Source: a virus (lineage: Duplodnaviria; Heunggongvirae; Uroviricota; Caudoviricetes). From it: 64,000 nt of DNA. The translations under genes and the position numbers were made by a program. The DNA lies in IMG/VR virus record IMGVR_UViG_3300045747_000063, positions 12,449 to 76,448 of that record; one strand, written 5' to 3'. The notes beneath the pieces were generated by a model. It was not told the origin of the DNA. It searched no databases and saw only the letters and a list, made by a program, of their open reading frames with translations. Positions 58,856 to 64,000 of the stretch are shown here, piece after piece (the first letter of the stretch is position 1; each line of letters opens with the position of its first letter).

Positions 58856-59672
58856 ATGAAGAAAAGTTATTTTAGTAAGTTGTGGACTCTCTGCGCTGCT
58901 GTTGCAGTTGTGGTGTTCATGTCTGGTTGTGAGCGTATTGCCACTGGTGAAGTCGGCCTGCGCGAAGCATTCAACAAGACAATCGAACCAACTGAACTGC
59001 GCCCCGGTTCCTTGAATCAGGTGTTGGTTGGTTGGTTCCGTGTTGGTGTTCCCTGTGAAGCAAATCGGTTTGCCAATCGAAAATCTGAAACCGCAGACAG
59101 CAGACCACTCCACACTGGACGACTTGGATATTCAAGTTATCTACAACCTGAATCCGGCTGCTGTGTATGACCTGTATACCGTGCGTTCACACTCGTTCAA
59201 TGCGATTGATAGTCGCGGCGACACGCTGTTGATGTACAACTACTTGTCTACCGTTGCAAACTCTGCCGCATTCAAGGCAATCAACAAGTACAAGGCACTC
59301 GATGTTGCTGCAAACCGTTCTGCAATTGAAACAGACATTGTTGCAATTATGCGTGACGTGTTGACTACAGAAGGTTTGGACACTGCGATTACAATCGACC
59401 AAGTTCAAGTGAAGAACATTTTACCAGCACAAAGCATTATTGATTCGGCTAACGCTGTAATCACTGCGCAAAACGCTCAGAACGCGAAGCAAGTTGAAGT
59501 CGGCACAGCCCGATTGGAAGCTGAACGTGCAGCCCTGTTGTCGAAGCCAGCTAACTTGGATTACATGAAGGCACAAGCTGCCCTCAATATTTCCGAAGGC
59601 ATCCGTGACGGCAAGGTTAACACCATCGTTGTACCGAGCAACCTGACCATGTTGGGTAGTCTCAGTAAGTAA
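58856..59672 (+). pseudogene. SPFH/band-7 (HflC/prohibitin-like) lipoprotein gene interrupted by +/-1 frameshift at (TTGG)3
   Basis: ORFs 58856..59170 and 59028..59672 overlap; band-7 similarity continues across frames at ttggttggttggtt (59025-59038). Confidence 0.55.
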
Positions 59673-59789
59673 GTGAAACTCCATAGCTCATTCGTTGAGT
59701 GGGCTATGATGGTTTTATTTGATTATTACCGATAGGTAATTATTTTGAGTAAGTGTGTGTTGATTTGCGATTTTGTTACCGAGCGGTAA

Positions 59790-60035
59790 TTGGAGAAGAA
59801 GATGCAATATTTTTATGAGTTCATGTCGTTCATATCGTTTTTGGTGATAACATTTACAGCAGTAAAGTACAACATTCGCCCAGACAATTACTACACCGAG
59901 TGGACAAAGACGGACTGTCTCGCAATTGGTGCAATCTCGTTTTTGATGGCGTTGATTTGGCCTATCACTCTTACGGTGTGCGGTTGTTTCCTGTACGTTC
60001 AATTTTTGGTTAAGAAAGTGAGAAAGCAGAAATGA
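59790..60035 (+). CDS. small membrane protein
   Basis: 81 aa, two TM helices. Confidence 0.35.
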   Translation: MEKKMQYFYEFMSFISFLVITFTAVKYNIRPDNYYTEWTKTDCLAIGAISFLMALIWPITLTVCGCFLYVQFLVKKVRKQK

Positions 60036-60283
60036 AAAAGATTCTTGGATTTACTTTGATTGAGTTCATGATTGTTCTGGCAATTGTTGGTATCATCCTT
60101 GCCGTTGCAATCCCTGCTTTCCAAGGTAAGGGTAAGCAGCATGTTGTAGGGCAGCAATCAATCCAGACCGGAGGATATGTTCAACAACAATCCTCTGGTG
60201 GATGTAGTGAAGGCTATAAGGTTTTACCGAATGGCAGTCAGTTGTTAAATGAACACGGTGGCGGAATTCCCTGCAACCGTTAA
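60032..60283 (+). CDS. type IV pilin-like (prepilin N-terminal domain) protein
   Basis: MKKILGFTLIEFMIVLAIVGIILAVAIP class III leader-like N-terminus. Confidence 0.55.
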   Translation: MKKILGFTLIEFMIVLAIVGIILAVAIPAFQGKGKQHVVGQQSIQTGGYVQQQSSGGCSEGYKVLPNGSQLLNEHGGGIPCNR

Positions 60284-60472
60284 TTGGAGAGTGAAATGAG
60301 TTTGACAAAACAAGAAGCAACAGCACAGGTAGCAGAGCTACTTGAACAAGCTAATCAGTTTGCAGATGCAGCACGCAAGCTGGCAGAACAACATGGTTTG
60401 TCGTTCTATTACGATGGTGATGAGTTCGCCACTGGACAGGACGAATCCAACTGGCAAGGGTCGAGTTGCTAA
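60284..60472 (+). CDS. small Cys-terminated protein, paralog A
   Basis: 62 aa; AQVAELLEQA...HGLSFYYD...NWQGSSC. Confidence 0.4.
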   Translation: MESEMSLTKQEATAQVAELLEQANQFADAARKLAEQHGLSFYYDGDEFATGQDESNWQGSSC

Positions 60473-60473
60473 C

Positions 60474-60695
60474 ATGACCGACACCAAGAAAATGTCAAAA
60501 GAGGAAGCCAGCGCAGCTATTGCTGAGTTGGTTCAACAAGCCTACGGCTTCATCAACGCAGCAGAAAAGATTGCCGACGAACATGAACTTTCGTTCTCGT
60601 TCGACCTTGCTTACGGGATGGGTGGAACATACGACCCAACATACCCGCAAGAATATTCGGAAGGTAATTGGCATCCATCAAGCCAAAGCTGCTAA
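60474..60695 (+). CDS. small Cys-terminated protein, paralog B
   Basis: 73 aa; AAIAELVQQA...HELSFSFD...NWHPSSQSC; tandem to paralog A. Confidence 0.4.
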   Translation: MTDTKKMSKEEASAAIAELVQQAYGFINAAEKIADEHELSFSFDLAYGMGGTYDPTYPQEYSEGNWHPSSQSC

Positions 60696-60711
60696 CAAGA
60701 AAGAGGATAAC

Positions 60712-61656
60712 ATGCTTACAATCGTGAAAACAGGTAGTGCTGCACTTCATCGTCGTATTCCGTCCGTGGAAATCGGTTCGGATATTGACTACATTATGTC
60801 GTTCGAGGACTTCGAAAAATTCGTTGGAAACCTTACGAACGTGAAGGCATGTTATCCAATTAACCGTGGTAAGACGTATGTCGTGAAGACAAACATCTGC
60901 ATCTACGAAGTTGAAATTGCATGGGAAGGTTCCACCGCCGAAGAGTTCCTGCGTCTGGTAACAACCGATGCGTTCAGCGATTCGTATTCAATGGGTGATG
61001 TAACCTACTGGATTCCATCCATCCAAGCATTGCACGCGATGAAGATGTCTCACCGCTTCAAGAAGAACAGCATTCATTTCTTGAAGACTATGCAACACAT
61101 CAAACTGATGCGTGGTAAATGGGCCGACTACAAGTATGGAACAATCGGTATGCATTATTCGGCATGGTATGCACGCCGTGAGAAAGAGACTTACGATTAC
61201 TCACACCCAGACCTCACCGTGAAGAAGAATGATTTCTTCAAGGACGAAACGTTCTACCGTTACGACCACGATGACATTCATGAGTCAATCAAGCTAACAT
61301 CGACTGCTGCATACAAATACATCTTGGCTGATGGTTTCCAAGTGAAGTGTGATAAGGATAAATTCATTGCACTCACCGAAGAACAGAAGTACAACTGTGT
61401 TCTGGAAGAATGCTACACGCTTGCACTTGAGCGTAGCCAGATTCCATTCAACTTCCGTGTAGATGCGCGTGAGTCGTTCGAGAAGGCACTGATGAAGGTT
61501 TGCACTTCCATCACTTCTGGTTGGTTCCGTGAATGGGCCTGGGAGCATCACGATGAAGTCCTCGCCAAGTACAACGGAAACTATGTTGACAAGTTCGACG
61601 TGGCATTCCGCATTGGCAAGATTCGTGGTTTCACACACGACAGAGTAGCAGCATGA
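60712..61656 (+). CDS. hypothetical protein with GS-x-DxD-like motif
   Basis: 314 aa; VEIGSDIDYIM near N-terminus. Confidence 0.35.
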   Translation: MLTIVKTGSAALHRRIPSVEIGSDIDYIMSFEDFEKFVGNLTNVKACYPINRGKTYVVKTNICIYEVEIAWEGSTAEEFLRLVTTDAFSDSYSMGDVTYWIPSIQALHAMKMSHRFKKNSIHFLKTMQHIKLMRGKWADYKYGTIGMHYSAWYARREKETYDYSHPDLTVKKNDFFKDETFYRYDHDDIHESIKLTSTAAYKYILADGFQVKCDKDKFIALTEEQKYNCVLEECYTLALERSQIPFNFRVDARESFEKALMKVCTSITSGWFREWAWEHHDEVLAKYNGNYVDKFDVAFRIGKIRGFTHDRVAA

Positions 61657-61958
61657 GCGAAAAAACTATTTGGCGAATTGACGAGACCAGTGAATGGACT
61701 CATGATAAGGAACTGGCAGAAGGTGCACTAGAAGCTGGTCTGAGCGCGTTTGAATTTGATGTTGACGATTTAGCCAAGGTAATCGAACGCCTTGAAGACA
61801 AAATCACAAAGCATGAAAAGTTATTTCAAGATTTGTACAAACAAGTTCACGAGCGTATGATTGATGGTGTCAGTGCAGTTCCTCAAGTGAAGAATTCTTA
61901 TTTCAGCTTGATAGAGCATGACTTCAAAGAGTACCAAAGAAAAATCGCTTTAATTTAA
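61653..61958 (+). CDS. hypothetical protein
   Basis: 101 aa ORF. Confidence 0.3.
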   Translation: MSEKTIWRIDETSEWTHDKELAEGALEAGLSAFEFDVDDLAKVIERLEDKITKHEKLFQDLYKQVHERMIDGVSAVPQVKNSYFSLIEHDFKEYQRKIALI

Positions 61959-61971
61959 AGAGGGGTTACAA

Positions 61972-62196
61972 ATGCAACGAAGAGAAAATGAAACATTCAC
62001 AGAATACCGTGACCGTTTGAAAGCAGAACAAGCAACCGAGAAGACACGTGGTCGCGGAGTTACAACCCTGTGGAATTCACCCGCGCAAGGAACATACACT
62101 TTGCAAGGTAATGGCCCACTCGGTGTTATACGCCTGACAGGTTCAGAGAAGCGTATAGCACGCCGTGTAGCAGAGATAGAAGCGGCAGCAGCATGA
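61972..62196 (+). CDS. hypothetical protein
   Basis: 74 aa ORF. Confidence 0.3.
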   Translation: MQRRENETFTEYRDRLKAEQATEKTRGRGVTTLWNSPAQGTYTLQGNGPLGVIRLTGSEKRIARRVAEIEAAAA

Positions 62197-62477
62197 GCAT
62201 CGTTATCATCAAGACAATCACCGGAGAAGAACTGATTGCAACACGCAACGAATCCTCTCTCGGTAAAGTGACATACAGCAAGACTCGTGTGTTCCGTGTA
62301 GTTGATATGGGAAACGGTCAAGGTAAAGCTGAACTGTTCCCGTTCTGGATTGTAGCACCCGATGTAGAGTTCGAAATGAACCAAGCATTGGTATTCGCTG
62401 AAATTCCAGCACCAGATGCAGTGGAGCGCAGTTACTTGCAATCTACAACTGGCATCGCTTTAGTTGGAGGCAAGTAA
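62193..62477 (+). CDS. hypothetical protein
   Basis: 94 aa ORF. Confidence 0.3.
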   Translation: MSIVIIKTITGEELIATRNESSLGKVTYSKTRVFRVVDMGNGQGKAELFPFWIVAPDVEFEMNQALVFAEIPAPDAVERSYLQSTTGIALVGGK

Positions 62478-62743
62478 TGAAAAATGTATTCCCAATGTTT
62501 GACCAAGTTCTCTTGGCAGAAGATACAGCAGCACGAGTTACAGCAGGCGGCATTGAATTGCCTGGTGGAACTGGCGACACTCCAACATACTCGGTTCTGC
62601 AAGTTGGTTCCGATGTAAAGAAAGTTACTGTCGGCAACAAAGTGTACGTGAAGTTCGATGCAAATTCTTTCATCATCAAGCGTGATGGTTTGCAACGTGT
62701 ACTCGTACCAGAAGACAGAATCCTTGCAGTAGTTTCACTGTAA
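62477..62743 (+). CDS. 31: co-chaperonin GroES-like (T4 gp31 analog)
   Basis: 88 aa; FDQVLL...AGGIELPG...VGNKVYVKFD...ILAVV GroES pattern. Confidence 0.7.
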   Translation: MKNVFPMFDQVLLAEDTAARVTAGGIELPGGTGDTPTYSVLQVGSDVKKVTVGNKVYVKFDANSFIIKRDGLQRVLVPEDRILAVVSL

Positions 62744-62756
62744 AAATATTTTCAAA

Positions 62757-62803
62757 AATTGGTCGAAATTTCTGAGTTTTTGAAATTTCGACCATAAATA
62801 AAG
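62757..62803 (+). terminator. long inverted repeat / possible terminator
   Basis: ttggtcgaaatttc...gaaatttcgacca 13-bp arms. Confidence 0.4.
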
Positions 62804-63032
62804 ATATGAACAACGAAGGCAACATAATGCAACTATCATCACGACCACTAACCTGCGGCAAACAAACATGGCATAATCTAGCTGTGTTGCCTACGATTGC
62901 GTCCGTGTTTGGATTGGATTATAATGAGGCCGCAATGAAGTAACCAAGGAAGTTTCAGTTCAGAAGTTTTGAAGCCTTGGTCGAAAGATTCAGGGCTTTT
63001 TAGTTTGTAGAATCAAAGAATTACGAAATAGT

Positions 63033-63060
63033 TTGACAAGAGACCAAAACTCTATATAAT
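63033..63060 (+). promoter_or_regulatory. sigma70-like promoter P1
   Basis: TTGACA-16-TATAAT. Confidence 0.6.
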
Positions 63061-63209
63061 GCGAAACATGCTCGATACAAAGAGCTAAGTAAGAAACAGC
63101 ACGGATGCGTAGGTGAAGTCGAAAGACACGTAGCCTAGTCCAATTAAGCGCATGACGTAGCCACACGAACTGGTAGCTGTGATGGACGAAAAAGAATTAC
63201 GAAATAGTT

Positions 63210-63238
63210 TGACAGCAGCACGGAAGTATGAAAGAATG
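63210..63238 (+). promoter_or_regulatory. sigma70-like promoter P2 (weak -10)
   Basis: TTGACA with same 24-bp upstream sequence as P1. Confidence 0.35.
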
Positions 63239-63370
63239 ATTACCTCGATGTGAGAACAAAGGTTTAGACCGAAGTTAAACAACCGATGGAGGCTATCATG
63301 TAACCGATGAGTGATGTAGATAACAAAACTTAGAGATTATACAAACGTAGCACTGAAAAGTAACAAAAGC

Positions 63371-63399
63371 TTGACAGAGGTTCGCAGATGAATTAAGAT
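63371..63399 (+). promoter_or_regulatory. sigma70-like promoter P3
   Basis: TTGACA-17-TAAGAT. Confidence 0.5.
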
Positions 63400-63510
63400 G
63401 TGAACCTCTGAAAAGTAAAAGAAATAAAGAATGTGTTTTATTTACTGTGTGGCGATACTAATTCGATAGTCGGCAAGAAAGCTACTTGCATAGAGTCAGA
63501 CCAAAGTCGC

Positions 63511-63582
63511 ACAATTATGTGATGGTTATGGAAATCAGTCTTCATTCAAGAAGACACAAGTGGTTCGATTCCACTACATATA
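63511..63582 (+). ncRNA. tRNA-like element (atypical)
   Basis: T-arm agtgg-TTCGATT-ccact, D-loop with GG, adjacent 5-bp stem-loop; acceptor pairing poor. Confidence 0.3.
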
Positions 63583-63602
63583 GTTCAGTAAATAAAACAT
63601 AT

Positions 63603-63631
63603 TTGACAGGATGCAAAAACATCTGTAGACT
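63603..63631 (+). promoter_or_regulatory. sigma70-like promoter P4
   Basis: TTGACA-17-TAGACT. Confidence 0.5.
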
Positions 63632-63937
63632 GTGAAGTGTTGGTTGAGGTTCAAAGCCTCATAAAAGTTTGGAGAAATTCCAAACTAACCAAAGTAGTAA
63701 ACTGAGAAAGCAACGAGAGCATATCAAACTCAGTATAATATCGAATAATGGGCGGAACACCGGAATGAAAGGTTGGCGATAACAACTGAGTAAAAAGGTG
63801 ATATTGTTAAGGGTTTTCTACTTAATCTGGAACGGATGCCTGGACGTGTGCCATTGGTAATCGCTGGACGAAGAGGGAAAGCACTTAACAATACGACTTC
63901 ACATGAGGTCGTTAATTTCTCAATGAGTGTGCGTCAA

Positions 63938-64000
63938 AGTTGGAGCGTTGAGGCGGGCTGTAACCCCGTGACCCTTCGGGGTTAGTAGGTTCGAATCCTT
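63938..64000 (+). ncRNA. partial tRNA-like element running off window end
   Basis: GGTTCGAATCC T-loop preceded by ccccg-tgaccctt-cgggg stem-loop. Confidence 0.3.

Noticed and set aside
63945-64000. Calling a definite tRNA at the window end
   Set aside because: Only the T-arm consensus and one stem-loop are visible. The acceptor stem would lie beyond the window and the anticodon loop would be 8 nt. Kept only as a low-confidence tRNA-like element.

Overview
The window is a 64 kb stretch of a divergent T4-like (Tevenvirinae-type) myovirus genome. It is AT-rich, densely coding, and nearly all genes are on the + strand. The only clear minus-strand genes are three free-standing homing-endonuclease genes: two paralogous HNH genes and one GIY-YIG gene.

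Gene identities below come from my own reading of motifs and from remembered T4 protein sequences, not from database searches.

Core modules recognisable from the translations:
- Head and tail structure: tail sheath gp18, tail tube gp19, portal gp20, a prohead-core protein, prohead protease gp21, two internal-protein-like paralogs, scaffold gp22 and major capsid gp23.
- Recombination, replication and late transcription: UvsY-like, UvsW, late sigma factor gp55, gp47/gp46 (Mre11/Rad50-like), rIIA/rIIB-like, sliding clamp gp45, clamp loader gp44 and gp62, RegA, DNA polymerase gp43, UvsX, helicase gp41, primase gp61 and RNase H.
- Nucleotide metabolism: NrdA and NrdB, ThyX, dCMP deaminase, a dNMP-kinase-like protein, a 5'-nucleotidase and MazG.
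- RNA repair and chaperone: RNA ligase 1, polynucleotide kinase/phosphatase and the GroES-like gp31.

Accessory or unusual content:
- A metallophosphoesterase gene sits between gp44 and gp62, and the gp44–gp62 block is bracketed by the two HNH genes.
- A SLOG(DUF2493)+HD gene pair occupies the slot where T4 carries dCMP hydroxymethylase and beta-glucosyltransferase.
- Other accessory genes include a ClpP-like protease next to a signal-peptide Serratia-type nuclease, a vWA protein, a SpoT-like HD hydrolase, a Tim44-like membrane protein, a prepilin-like protein and tandem Cys-terminated small paralogs.
- An SPFH/band-7 gene is frameshifted at a (TTGG)3 repeat.
- Three promoter classes are visible: a sigma70-like class, a repeated 'cTTGyTTT..N12..TGTATAATGC' class and an 'ATAAATAATAC' class upstream of late genes.
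- The 3' end of the window is a 1.2 kb ORF-free region with tandem TTGACA/-10 promoters and two tRNA-like T-arm elements.
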